The notes under the pieces are model-generated. The model was not told the origin of the DNA and did no database searches. It was given only the letters and a program-made list of their open reading frames with translations. The translations under genes were made by a program, and so were the position numbers. Positions 37,810 through 49,793 of a stretch of DNA of 64,000 nucleotides are shown piece after piece (position 1 is the stretch's first letter; each line of letters opens with the position of its first letter). The DNA is from Parasitella parasitica NRRL 2501 (Eukaryota; Fungi; Mucoromycota), in the NCBI GenBank assembly GCA_025201805.1, contig MU619310.1:64767-128766 (forward strand). Reading direction: 5' to 3'.

Positions 37810-38662
37810 GATAACTTGGCAGACCATCGTTATGATTTGAAGCCAATGGAAGGGTTCAGCAACGTATTTCCCGGCACTGATACCCGAGCCGGTAGAAGCA
37901 CAAACCACTTCAACGCGTATAAGAGAATGCATGGTCTGCTGTATTATGATGAATCATTAGATGCACCTGACTTTGATCTTTTGTCCTTCAATGAGCTCCA
38001 AGCTTTGGTTTTTGGTGTTATCAAAACATTTGCTTTCCTCGGAAACGCCCAAGAATCTCGCATCTTCTTTGTTGATGGTCGAGGTGTTGCTGGTAAGACA
38101 TTTGTGTTTAATTTAGGCCTTGATCGTGTCAGAAGAGAAGGCCATATTGCGATTATTGCTATGGCATCGAGTCAAACTGCTGCATTGTTGCTCAAAGGCG
38201 GACGCACTGCTCACTCTACCTTTAAGATACCGTTAGAGATTACCAATACCAACATGTGCGACATTTCGCCCTGCTCTGGCATAGCATCATTTATCCAAAG
38301 AGCAAAAATTGTTGTTTGGGATGAATGCTCAATGATCAACAAGGACTTGATAGCAACAGTTGATCGCTTATTTCGTGAGTGCTTGAACAAAGCCAGCTTT
38401 TGGCCAGTGGTAGTCTCAATGCAATTGCGTACAAACATGAGAGTTTGACAGGCCCTTCAGACTGACAATCCAGGTCTTGCTAATGAACTTCAACAATTTT
38501 CTGATTATCGACTTCAGATTGGTCAAGGCACTGTTCCTACAATTACTCTGCCCCAGAGACATATCTTCAGATTTTATCCAAATTCCTGAAGAGGTGCTCA
38601 TATCTGGAGATGATTTGATTAATTTGATGAAAAGCATTTTTGATATTGCCACTGCGGACTAG
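37810..38662 (+). mobile_element. Helitron relic: N-terminal half of a PIF1-type helicase
   Basis: FFVDGRGVAGKTF (Walker A), AALLLKGGRTAHSTFKIP, VWDECSM and LRTNMR. Stops, frameshifts and an internal deletion follow. Confidence 0.88.
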
Positions 38663-39335
38663 CATTCAACGCTCAAAGTACTGTATTTGCGACAACAGGC
38701 CTAGATTAGGACAGCTGCTGCGAGCTTTGAAGACTAGAGATTCACATAATCGACTCGGGACTAAGAAGGGCACTAGTAGGCTTTTGTCGGATCTGCTATG
38801 TTGAGCCATGCTAAGGTCAGTTGCATCCTGTCTACACAATCCGAGAAAAGGAAAATGTAGCAGAGTGTCGCGGGATTCTTCCAAACAATAAGTACATTGC
38901 ATAGTCACGAGAAACGTACCATTGTCTACCCTGTTTTTATCAGGCTTGAATCTGTCTACCGCGTATTTTTTTTTGCTCTGACCTTTGGTATACCAAATCC
39001 ACATCTTGCTTCTAACCAATTGACTTTCGTTTTTTTTTTTTTGAATGCGAAATCCGGTATCTTGTTTGCAAATTATATCCAGAGTTTCTTGCTTTTTGGG
39101 TCCTTGATTGTAATGAGCATGTTGTTTCCGTAAACCTGAATGCTGCAAAGCATATTGCATTGTACAGAAAAAAGCAGGCATTTTACAGGAATGGTGTAAC
39201 AAACAAGGTTCGAGGGATTTTAGCTTTCCCTAGTCGACTGATTGGGAGTTGCAGTTTTAGAGCAGTCCATTTAAGGGCATTCAATGTTTCCTCTTCCTTT
39301 CCGCCTTCTTTTTGAAAAACAAAAAACAGGCCAGG

Positions 39336-41078
39336 ATGGACATGGATATGGATATGAGCTCGCAGGGAACGCCTCCCAACATCAACGAGCCCTATGCTAA
39401 AAAGCTGATTACCATCATAGCCTCCATCGTAGCCTTCCTTACTGTACGACATTTATTTATTTACATTCACAACAAGACCAAAACAACATTTGGATTTCGA
39501 TGGATGCACCAAATGTCATCCTCTTATGCAAGCATAGAGAATTTTGTGGTAAACAAACTTTCATATACGGCGCTGTATGGGGCATCCCCGCCTTTGGGGG
39601 CTCTATTGCTGTTGCTGGCCCTGGTTTCTGCTGTATTACCTTTGCTTTTATTAAACGTTGACTTGGCTGTCAATTCGAATCGTGCCGGCTTTTTATGCCT
39701 TGCCATGGTGCCCTTCCTCCTCTCGTCCACCGGAAAAAATTCAGCTATATCTCTGCTGACAGGAATATCCAGTGTTAAGCTTAACTTTCTGCATCGCATA
39801 TTGGGCATGGCACTGTTTATATGCGCCACTGTACACATGTCGACAATGCTTCATTCGTGGTCAAGATTCCCAACGTTCCTAAAATCCGAGCTGCAGCTGT
39901 CCAAAGTGCAGTATGGTCTGGCTGGCTACGGATGTTTATGCGTAGTGATCCTGGGCAGCATCTTGCCGGTGCGCATCTTTTGCTACGAAGCATTTGTAGT
40001 CACTCATGTGCTGGGCATTGCTTTCATCGGCTGTATTGCCGTCCATACGCCTTACGCTATGCGCTATTTCTTCTCAGGCCTGGTCTGCTACATGCTCAAC
40101 TTGCTAGCTGTATGGTTTGTCAAGACCTATGTTGCCCAGGCTCGGTTTGAAGTATTACCTGAAGGATGCACAAAGGTCTCGATCCGGCTCGCAAGCCCCA
40201 TCAAGACGCATTATATTGGACAACACATTAATTTATGCATCCCAGCCATCTCACCCTTTCAATGGCACCCGTTCACCATCACAAGCGTGCAGCAGCAAAA
40301 TGCCGCTTATCAAAACTCTATAGAAGTATGCGTTTGCTCTCGCGGCAACTTCACAAGAGCTTTGTACAATAAGGCTCTCCCCAATCAAGATGTGCGTGTG
40401 TTTGTCAGCGGTCCATTTGGCAGCAATAGCATCAGGGCAACTCGAGTGCTTGATAGCCACTCTTCTGTTGTCATTGCATGTGGCGGCTCTGGCATTACAT
40501 TCGGCATGCGCTTGCTGCGTGAATTGACGGACACCTTGATATCGCACGATGAAGAAGCCAGTAAATCTTCTTTACTCAATCACTACAAGACCAAGGACAT
40601 TTACTTTTATTGGTGCGTGCGACGCGCATTAGAGATTGAATGGTTCAGAGAAGAGCTGGAGCAGATCAATTATCTTTATGACGCACATGGGCAATTCCCC
40701 AATCTCCACATTCGATTCCATATCACTGCTAATGGTACGGATAACACGACTGAAGAAACCACTGTGGATGAAGAGCCTGGCATCAATGAAACGGCCGACT
40801 CTGGCGATACTGCGAATCTGTATACGACCGAACATGGCTCAAGAAAAGACATCGATGTGGTCTATGGACGTCGCTTGGATGCTAAAGCTGTCCTCGAAAC
40901 TGTAGACGGAGATATGGGCGCTTTTGGTAAGTCTTGGAATAGATGTACTTTGCACTATGCTAATCGCCTATTTATTGATATAGTGTGCGGCCCTGCAGGA
41001 TTCAATGCTGCGTTCAAAAACGTAGTAGCCTTGCACAAATCAAATGCTTATCTTCATTGCGAAAGTTTTGGATATTAA
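39336..41078 (+). CDS. Ferric/cupric reductase (FRE/NOX family; intron ~40927-40983)
   Basis: TM domain with heme histidines (FLHR...VHM; THV...VH), FAD motif HPFTI, GPFG, GGSGIT, CGP and terminal ESF. Confidence 0.92.
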   Translation: MDMDMDMSSQGTPPNINEPYAKKLITIIASIVAFLTVRHLFIYIHNKTKTTFGFRWMHQMSSSYASIENFVVNKLSYTALYGASPPLGALLLLLALVSAVLPLLLLNVDLAVNSNRAGFLCLAMVPFLLSSTGKNSAISLLTGISSVKLNFLHRILGMALFICATVHMSTMLHSWSRFPTFLKSELQLSKVQYGLAGYGCLCVVILGSILPVRIFCYEAFVVTHVLGIAFIGCIAVHTPYAMRYFFSGLVCYMLNLLAVWFVKTYVAQARFEVLPEGCTKVSIRLASPIKTHYIGQHINLCIPAISPFQWHPFTITSVQQQNAAYQNSIEVCVCSRGNFTRALYNKALPNQDVRVFVSGPFGSNSIRATRVLDSHSSVVIACGGSGITFGMRLLRELTDTLISHDEEASKSSLLNHYKTKDIYFYWCVRRALEIEWFREELEQINYLYDAHGQFPNLHIRFHITANGTDNTTEETTVDEEPGINETADSGDTANLYTTEHGSRKDIDVVYGRRLDAKAVLETVDGDMGAFGKSWNRCTLHYANRLFIDIVCGPAGFNAAFKNVVALHKSNAYLHCESFGY

Positions 41079-41517
41079 GCTGTGCAATGCTCTTTTTATA
41101 TTCCCTTCCCCCCTCCCCCACTTCCGCCACTTTTATCTGTCCTTTGAGCTTCACCTGTATATATCTAAGTATTATGTTCCGCATAAACCACCTTTATTTA
41201 TTTTTGTGCCACTTACTGAGACTTTAATTATTACAAGACTGCACACTAGGGTCGTTGTTCGGAGCGGCTTGATTTCCTTACTCTCATTCTGTTTAGCTAA
41301 CGGAAAGATTGATATCTTTCTCCCAATGTGACGCTATTAAACATTGCATTGCAGGAAATAATAACATCCTTGCACAAACTTCAAGACGCAATATCAAAAT
41401 ATAGACCATTAGACAAACATTTGGATGTTTTATTTTTAAAAGAGTGATCTGGATTCGATCACATTGAGAAGCTCAATTACATTGTTATACGTTCAAATTT
41501 ATATTGTTGATGTGCGA

Positions 41518-43964
41518 TTACTGGATTTGTTTTTCCTTCGAAAAGAGCTGAAGTTCAGGAACAGACAGATTAGATGAGTGGTCTGATAGACCGGATGGAG
41601 AAGAAGAGGAGAAATAAAGCAAAGATTGTGCATCGCTTGTGCTTGGCAGTGATGATGGAAAATGTTCATGATCATTTGGCGGATCTGCTGTAGCTGAGTG
41701 ACCTTTGGCTGTTGAAGTGGACGCAATGCTCACAGCATAATCTTCATTGCTTAATTGTGGGTGAAAGTAATCAATCAAGACGCTTGTTGTTTGCTCAATG
41801 TCAATGATCTCGTCGTCTTCGAGATATGGATTATCACTGTCGTCTAGTCGAGCAGTTACAAAAGACTCAGAATCTGTGCTGTAGATGTCTTCCTCGACAA
41901 TAATGTCTGAGAGGGGTGTCGATGTTGCAAAGGTGGTTGCAGTTGGAGGTGGAGTTGAAGACTTGTTATAGGCAGCAGGCTCGTTGAAAGACTCCTCTGT
42001 TCGGACCGACCGTAAGCTTCTGGCAGGCGAAGAGTTTACCGCAGAGACAACACTTATTTTCTTGGTATCGATATTGCTGCTACGATCAAGTTTCGCTATT
42101 TGCACAGTTGATGGGTGGCTTTCAAGCTCGTTAAATGATAGCAGAGAGTTCCTAAATGCTGAATCATCGTCCAAAGACGACAACAAGCTGATGCCACTAG
42201 CTATATTTACAAGCAACCGACACCAAGCTACCAATTCTGCTCTTGTTGATGTGCGGAATACAGAGACTTTATCAGTTTGGAGAACGTTTGTTGCGGGTCT
42301 GCATATTTCAAATGTATTGCTTGCATCCCCTGTGTAGTCTGTCAAGACCGCGTCCAATTGGTTGAAGGCGATCGAAGGCACAATGGTTGTGCCAGGTATA
42401 TAGATTGTCTTTTCAGGCGACACCTTTTCGTCCAAGCTAAATTGATGAAGATAGCCGCCTAGCAAGGTACTTAATACTGGTCATTTCAACCTGGCAGAGG
42501 CAACTTACCTTGGCTGAGAACGTAGTTTCTTTCAATAAACTGCTTTCTGACGCCGACTTTTCGTTCCATCTTGCCCTTCAGTAATGTCATGACCAAAGGA
42601 TGAAACTTGTTTGGGTAATTGATTTTGAGGTAGTCCTTGGTGGGGCTCTTTTCATTGACGAGGTTTGCTTTATTCTCTCGAGCAAATTGTTCCCAAGTTT
42701 GCTGAGGTGTGATTTGGTCCATTAAAAGCTCAAAAGACGCAGTGCCTTTATCCTCTGATCCATTCCAGGCACCAGGAGCCAAAAATTCAAAACAGTGCTT
42801 GACGGCAGGTTTAATCTGATTTATGACTTGTTCCTCGAATTCCTCGGTATCCTTTTGTATCGGAATCATGAGTAGCCGTAGGCGATTCTCTTCATCGACT
42901 TCTCGCTTCAGCTGCCTCAGCACCACTAACATATTCAGTGCGTTAGATGATAGAGCCAGGTTGCAGATTTCACCTCACTTACACAAATTGGCAACCCAGG
43001 GGTCCATCTCAACTTGGCCGTTTGCTTTATCAGCTTCCTTACAGCAGCGATTCAGATGCGTCATTTTGCTTCGTGTTACTTCTGCTCGACGTAGCAGTTC
43101 ATCTAAAACTAGCGTCGAATCATTCTTCAGCTGATGGATTCTGTCTTTTACCTGCCTTCGCAGCTTGACCAATGCCGGTAAATGGTCTTTCTCCAGACAT
43201 TTGCTGAATGCCTGCTGTTCTGCTGCCATCTGCATCGTTAAAGACCTGAACCCTGCCTGTATGGTGCGGATAGATTCGCTGGCATTGTCATGCAGGCTCT
43301 GATCTACATGCGGATATGCCTTTTGGGAGAATCCTCGGCTGCTCTGTAGGCTGATTTTGGCGGTCTCCTCCACCCAATTAGTGACAGATTTTAGACATTG
43401 ATGCCAGGTTTCTAATCGGGCTATAATGAAATCAGCACGATTTAAGCTAACATTTTTCAGCGCAGGATGATGGCTTCCACTTGACTTTGTCGAGAAAACG
43501 GACCCGTCGCTGCCATATTGGTGAGACTGAGGCAATTGGAGGGGAGCAGACGCCGCAGACAGCAAGTGATTTTGCCGTTCAGGACGAGGGCCGCTGCTGG
43601 ATGAGGACAGAGATCGGTCCAATTTGTGAATCTTTTGTAAGGATGGCAATGATGCAATGGTGTTGAGGCTTTTGGATGATGTGAGTGTTTCGGATCGCTT
43701 TTGTTGTTGGCCATCGAAATGCTCTGTGAATCGGCTACGGTACTCTGACTTGGCAGGATTGGCTGAATCAATAGACACAGCATCGTCGCCTTGAAGAGGA
43801 GAGGATCCTTCGCTCGGCGACACAAGGGAGTTGATGGACTGAGCTGACGAATGTACCGACATTTGATCCGCTGCTGACATTGTTCTCAATCTGCTTTTGT
43901 GGGGTCTGCGAGGCGGTGGCGGTGCTGGATTTGTGGATGGACTTGGTGTTAAAACTTCTGTCAT
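41518..43964 (-). CDS. Slm1-like BAR-PH domain protein (3 exons)
   Basis: Ser-rich N-terminus and a helical BAR-like region (DPWVAN). PH domain: GKMERK...NYVLSQ/GGYLHQF...PEKTIYIP...ELVAWC. Confidence 0.72.
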
Positions 43965-44661
43965 GGCAAGTTGGGAGGAAAAAGAGGAGAAAACAGCTTT
44001 GGGCGAATTGCAATTAAAATGAGATTTACCTTCATGTTGCACTTGCACTACATGAAGCTAGATGTACTTATTGGGGAGTTCCCATCATATGGTGAATGCT
44101 GTAATTTACTTTTTATTTAATTTTTTTTTTTTTTTTTTTTTTTTTGACCTCTGCTCAAGAAGGCGCGCATCTATAGCATGTAGGCCGCACATGATGGTCA
44201 GTAAACTGTAGCTGTATCACTGTGTTGAACCTGTTTATATGTAGAGAACGCTAGATGTTGATGCCGCAACCTCCTCTTACAAAGAACAAGCAAGACGAAA
44301 ATTTCGACATACACGTCCAGCCTAAAAGATACGTGTAACCTGTTGCACTGTCATGTGAAGATGATGTGCATGCATATAATATATATATATACGTACATAC
44401 ATACATGCTACAGCTGAAAAAGCAAGGTGGTGTAAACAAGAGACGATTAAATCAACAAACAAACAGTAATTGATCACAATCCACACCCAACAATGGGTTT
44501 TCTGCTTCCATTGTTTTTTTGTTTTTTTTGACGTGAGTCCCCAACTCAAATTTCTAATTTTAGATTCGTAAGCGCACAGATGTCTGTTTGAATATAAATA
44601 AGCTTTTCTTGCCCTGATTTCGTTTCTTTCTCTCTCTCTTTCATTTTTCTTTAAAATCGAC

Positions 44662-46040
44662 ATGTCTGATTTTTCCGCTTTCCTTGGCGGTGAAAACCGA
44701 ATACTTTTACCGTTTTTCGCCTATCCAGCCCTAGCGATTGCGCCTATGGTTGCCTTGGTTGGCGGCATCGTTATTCCACCTGAAAGATTTTCGAGTTCGG
44801 CAAAACACATGGCATCTATTCCACTGCTCTTGGCAGTAGCCTTGATACCTTTTGGATTCACAAATGGAAACAAAAGTAAGTGCATTGCAGACTGCAGTAT
44901 ATCGCCCTTCTTTGATCGCTAAACACACCTTCTTGCTTGTGTCTAGTTATCGACCTGGTTGTAGGTGTAGCAGCTTACAATCTTTTTTTGAGGTTTGTAG
45001 AGCTGTACTGGGTGGGGCCTTCAGTGCAGGGTCGGCCAGTTTATGCCTCAACAGAGAGTCTTTGGGTGGACTTCTGGAGCTGTATGCGCGCCTTTCCGAA
45101 ACCAGCCAAAGAGGATACACCAGAGTTGAAAAAAGGACAAGTTAGAGTGTATAAAAAAGACAAGGTAAGCTTGGTTTTACGGGAAGGCGCACATCACTGG
45201 ATGAGCTCATTGTAATGAGACACTTTATAGAAATTCTATCATGTCATTTTGTACATGACGGGTCATATGGTTGTCACAGATGTGCTCGCCAGCTGGATTG
45301 CTTCATTTACTGGAAGCGAGATACGCCAAATGGCAGAAGAGAGGCCCGGCTTGTTTTTAATCTATTTTATCCTTGTCAACGTCCTTCTACATTCTGCCTT
45401 TAACTCTGTTGGCTACGGTCTCCAGCTGTTTTGCTGCATCACTTACGAAGGCGGCTCTTATTCATCTGAGCAGTGGAGGTCTTTGATGCTGAACCCGCTC
45501 AAGTCACAGTCTTTAGACGAGCTCTGGTCTCTTCGCTGGCATCAATTCTTCAAATCCACCTGGCTCGCATTTCCATTTCGGCCTGTTCGTGTCCTAGTTG
45601 AACGTGCGCTCACAAAACGAGTGAGAAACGCAAAGGCTGTTGCGTTTCTGCTAGCTTCTATTTCTGTCTTTGCAGCATCCGCATTCATGCACGAGTACGT
45701 GATTGCTGCCAACGTGGGTTTACCTATTTATAAACGTGTGTTTGCAGGTGAGCAATGCATATTTTTTATCGGTCATGGCTTGGGCGTATTCTTTGAGCAT
45801 GTAGTGCAGATGATGGTCATTGCAAAACTGCCCAAAAGCTTTCAAAATTCTGCGCTTCACGGTGCCCTGGGTCGTTTATGGACACTTGCTTTTGGCTATG
45901 CTACATTTTACTATATCGCTAATGGGTTCGTCTCCTGGGGCTTTCAATGTGATATCCCACTTGCATTTTCAAAGCCTTATATCGCCGATTTTGTGCAATC
46001 TCATCCTCGTCTTCTTGCTGTTTGGGGAAGTCGCATTTAG
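44662..46040 (+). CDS. Membrane-bound O-acyltransferase (wax synthase / MBOAT_2-like), multi-exon
   Basis: P.KSQSLDELWSLRWHQ and SAFMHEY (catalytic His), plus multiple TM segments. Confidence 0.85.
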
Positions 46041-46279
46041 ATTCAATATTAACCATTACAACTATAGACACCAAATATCATCTCATGGAAAAAAAAAAAG
46101 ACTTTTAAAAAATAGACAATCGCATGTACATAAAAAAATATATATATACAAAGGCATATAATAGTATCAATATAAACTGGATTTAACGCCTACTCTACCT
46201 GTGTATGCTATAACGTTGAACGTTTGTCTGGTTATTAGCTAGACTAAGTCTGAAATAAATCAAATTTTATTAAAAGGAA

Positions 46280-49180
46280 TTATGCTACAATTTTTTCAAG
46301 AATGATTGCAGCTACATGCGAGCCGATCTGTAGCAAAATTTGGAACAGAAACCTGGGAGCAAAAATCTTCCATGTCATTAAATGTCTCCTCAAGACAAAG
46401 ATAAAGATGGCGCTCAGAAAGGTAGGTATAGATTGAAGCAAAACAAGTAAATGCAATGCTTGGCGCTGGTGGGGATTTTCAGATAGTAAGACGAACCAGC
46501 CAAGCCAAGTAATTATATAGCCTGCCATCATTGCGACTGTCACTAAAACCATGCCTCCATAATAATTCATTTCATCGAACCCCACAAAGGCAGCTTTCCA
46601 GGGCAACGAAGTGAACGCAGCCTGGTGTCCGGTACCAAAGAACAAATGGTGGCCCAAGAAATGCAGCATCGTCAGTCGAATCAGCAGGCTGTTGGGTTTG
46701 CCTGTTGTTAAAAGCTTGATTATCCAAGGTGAGACAAGAATAAGAGCAGCGCCCAAGGGACGCTGCACGATCGCTAGCACTGGTGTCCATAGAAACAGCA
46801 ATGTCCAGCTCAAGACATAACGGGAGCGACTATTAAAATACCAATCTGCCAGCGTCATATTGTTGCCTACAAAGATCAAGCCATACACCAGGCGGGGCAT
46901 GTATATATCGAGTACATGATGCACCATCAAGGCTGTCTCGCTCTTTTTATTCTCGATATCAAGAGACTTGGCGCCAATCTCGTAAAAGATCCTAAAGAGA
47001 ACCATGATGCAAGATACAATATAACAAGCGCCTACTGTTAGCCCCGCGAGTTGGTTCAATGTGGTCGTAGAGAAGATGGTCATGCCATACAAGACGACAA
47101 CGAACGCAATAGTAAGGTAACCCGTGTAGTTTTCGAGGTTGAATTCAAGCATGCCGCTGTGTAAATAATCACAATGAGGAAATTGTTCTTCGCGGCATTG
47201 GCCAATGTTGCTAGTAACTCGCAAGACGACCACAAACAAGGTGGGATACAGCAAGGCCAATGCATACTCTGTTTTCGTAGAGGCCGCTTGCAGGTTGCGC
47301 GCGATCCAGATCAAGGTCAAAGTAGCCAGCACAAAGCGAGTGCCACGGTCTTCCCAGATGACAAAGCTGTTGGATCCCAAAGTACACGCCTGCACGATCT
47401 GAGCGATCAAAATGATATACCAATCGGACAAGGCAGACGATTCTGGCTTCAACGTAAATGCCATGCAGCAGACAGCTACAGCGGCAGACACGCCGATCCA
47501 GTCTACGTGCACAGTCTTTTCAAACCATCCTTGCATCGCTACTTCAGGATGGTAGCGCGCATACGAAGCTGCGAAACTAACAGCAGCAGCCGAGACGCCA
47601 ACCATGGACAGGCGCTTGTAAGAAGCACTGAGCTCAGGATGCATCAACCACAAGGAAGCCAAAGTGCCCAGTCCCAACAGCACAATACCCAGCAACATAC
47701 AGCCTGTGTCGAACTGAGCCCAGATGCCTTCACAATACTTGATTGTGCCAAGCATGAAAGCATCGTACTCCAAGATGGCCTCTTCCAACTGTGGAAGATA
47801 GGTTGTGTGATCATTTGCAATTGAAGCTGAAAAATCAGACTCCTTGGTGGTCTGCGCCATAATCTCCTCGGCAGCAAACAGATGGTGTGTGATGAATTGA
47901 AGCCTATCTGGTGAAAAGTCCAACTGATGCGTTTGTTGAGAATACTGGTCGAGGTAGTTTTTAACCTGCAAAGCGTTTGTCCGGAACTCTTGAGCCATGT
48001 GCAAGACATTGCGCATTCTTTGGCCTGCATCAGGGTGCTCTGGCATAAGGATATCTGGGATAATGGCTCCCAAGCTACCGAAAGGGATAGGTGTACCAAG
48101 CAGGTAGGCCAGAGTAGGCGCCAGATGGATTTGCGCTACGATGGGATAGGCTGCTGCATCGTAACCGAGTCTTTGCGAAATGCCAGGAATATCGTAGCCA
48201 AGCCTCAGAGCTCGTGCTTCATGAATCCGACGGTAAAAAGCTTGGTAATAGTCGGATGTAAAAGTCAATGGTCTGCCTGAATACATGAACAATGTACTGA
48301 CAAGCTCCTCTATGCTTTCGCCTCCGTGGTCCCCCTCTACAGACATGCCGTGGTCGCCCATAACAACCAGCAGTGTATCTTGATCCACGTAATCCGAGGC
48401 TAGGCGTGCAATGACGCTGTTCATTTGATTCAGTTTGCGCTTCATGTTGGGGTCTGAGGGGCCGTAAGTATGTCCACAGTGATCTACGCCCAAGAAATGA
48501 GCAATCATGACCTCCCAGTCATCGCCATCAGCCACGTCCCATAGACGAGATAAGATGGCATTGTCGACAGAATCTAAATCAAGCATTTTGAAACTATCGC
48601 TGTCAAATGTACGCTCAGAGACAAAGCTCTCTGGGAACAGGCTGACCCATGTATCATCGCCCAAAAAGTACATGGTCTTGTTCTGGATATGGCGCAACAG
48701 ATGATCCTCGGCAACAGCAGACGAAGCAAAGTTTGAGCCGGCGTCAATGAATGTGGGCAAAGAGCCTGTCATTAGGCCCTTGATACGCTGCATGGTAGTA
48801 GTGGGTGGATCAGCACGAAATTGAAACAACAAGGATGATTCTGGCTGAGCAGCTGTGATCTGTTGCATGACGGGGAGTTGGTTGAGATAATGTGCCGTGC
48901 TTGTCGCGTTGATGGTAAAATCAAAACGAAGCGCATCCACCAGGACAATGATAGTACGTCGATAGGGTTTTCTAGACGGAACGGTAGGTGGCTGCGTGAT
49001 AGATGAGGACTCTGTCTGGTGGAGAGGAAAATCCTCCCAGGGCTCAAGAACAGTGCCCCGTATATCAAGTGTTTGGCGTGTGAGTAGAAATCCTTTGAGA
49101 AATAGGTAAAGGCCAAATATCTGTAAAAACGTCAGTACAGTGAACGTTAGGCCCTTTGAAGGCCTAAAATTGGGGTGCAT
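46280..49180 (-). CDS. GPI13: GPI ethanolamine phosphate transferase 3 (PIG-O)
   Basis: VDALRFDF, ADPPTTTMQRIKGLMTG, HFLGVDHCGH, GDHGM, GDHGG, FFGTGHQ and RRHLMTWKIFAPRF. Confidence 0.93.
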   Translation of the reverse strand: MHPNFRPSKGLTFTVLTFLQIFGLYLFLKGFLLTRQTLDIRGTVLEPWEDFPLHQTESSSITQPPTVPSRKPYRRTIIVLVDALRFDFTINATSTAHYLNQLPVMQQITAAQPESSLLFQFRADPPTTTMQRIKGLMTGSLPTFIDAGSNFASSAVAEDHLLRHIQNKTMYFLGDDTWVSLFPESFVSERTFDSDSFKMLDLDSVDNAILSRLWDVADGDDWEVMIAHFLGVDHCGHTYGPSDPNMKRKLNQMNSVIARLASDYVDQDTLLVVMGDHGMSVEGDHGGESIEELVSTLFMYSGRPLTFTSDYYQAFYRRIHEARALRLGYDIPGISQRLGYDAAAYPIVAQIHLAPTLAYLLGTPIPFGSLGAIIPDILMPEHPDAGQRMRNVLHMAQEFRTNALQVKNYLDQYSQQTHQLDFSPDRLQFITHHLFAAEEIMAQTTKESDFSASIANDHTTYLPQLEEAILEYDAFMLGTIKYCEGIWAQFDTGCMLLGIVLLGLGTLASLWLMHPELSASYKRLSMVGVSAAAVSFAASYARYHPEVAMQGWFEKTVHVDWIGVSAAVAVCCMAFTLKPESSALSDWYIILIAQIVQACTLGSNSFVIWEDRGTRFVLATLTLIWIARNLQAASTKTEYALALLYPTLFVVVLRVTSNIGQCREEQFPHCDYLHSGMLEFNLENYTGYLTIAFVVVLYGMTIFSTTTLNQLAGLTVGACYIVSCIMVLFRIFYEIGAKSLDIENKKSETALMVHHVLDIYMPRLVYGLIFVGNNMTLADWYFNSRSRYVLSWTLLFLWTPVLAIVQRPLGAALILVSPWIIKLLTTGKPNSLLIRLTMLHFLGHHLFFGTGHQAAFTSLPWKAAFVGFDEMNYYGGMVLVTVAMMAGYIITWLGWFVLLSENPHQRQALHLLVLLQSIPTFLSAIFIFVLRRHLMTWKIFAPRFLFQILLQIGSHVAAIILEKIVA

Positions 49181-49793
49181 GATTTGGAAAGAATGAGGAA
49201 AACAGTGGCACCCACCCACCCACTCCCCCCCCCTCACAAAACCGCAAGAGTGGCATGAATCTCATAAAGACACACCCATCAACACATCCAGATGTTGAAC
49301 AACGAAAAGCAGTCTTTCCAGTACAAGACAAAGGTGTTGGATGCAATGTCTGTAAAATACTGTACCACACACGACTTGGAAAGAGGCTCGAGAGGGGGGG
49401 GGGGGGGCAATAGTTGAATGACTGTAAAAGACTTTAGTAGTGTCCCATTACAACGACAATGGTGGCACGGCTCATTGGTGCACTTGATTTGGCCGTCAGG
49501 ATGGTATGACTGTGATGGTTTTTTGTTCGATAGGCATTTTTACAGTACTTTCCATTCACAAAATTCTGCAATCGAATAAAGCTGCTCTAGGCATTTCGTT
49601 TGATGCGTTGGTCTCTTTGATTTTCCTGGCCTGATTACCTTATCACCTTTTGGTTTGATCCAGGCTGACAGTGGCTCATTTACGCGACAGTCACCGTATG
49701 TGTGTGCTTCTTTTTATTCATGAAAAAAATTCGAACTCGTTCTCTTTTTTTTTTTTTTTTACTGTGAACAAGCGCACACACATAATCAATACA

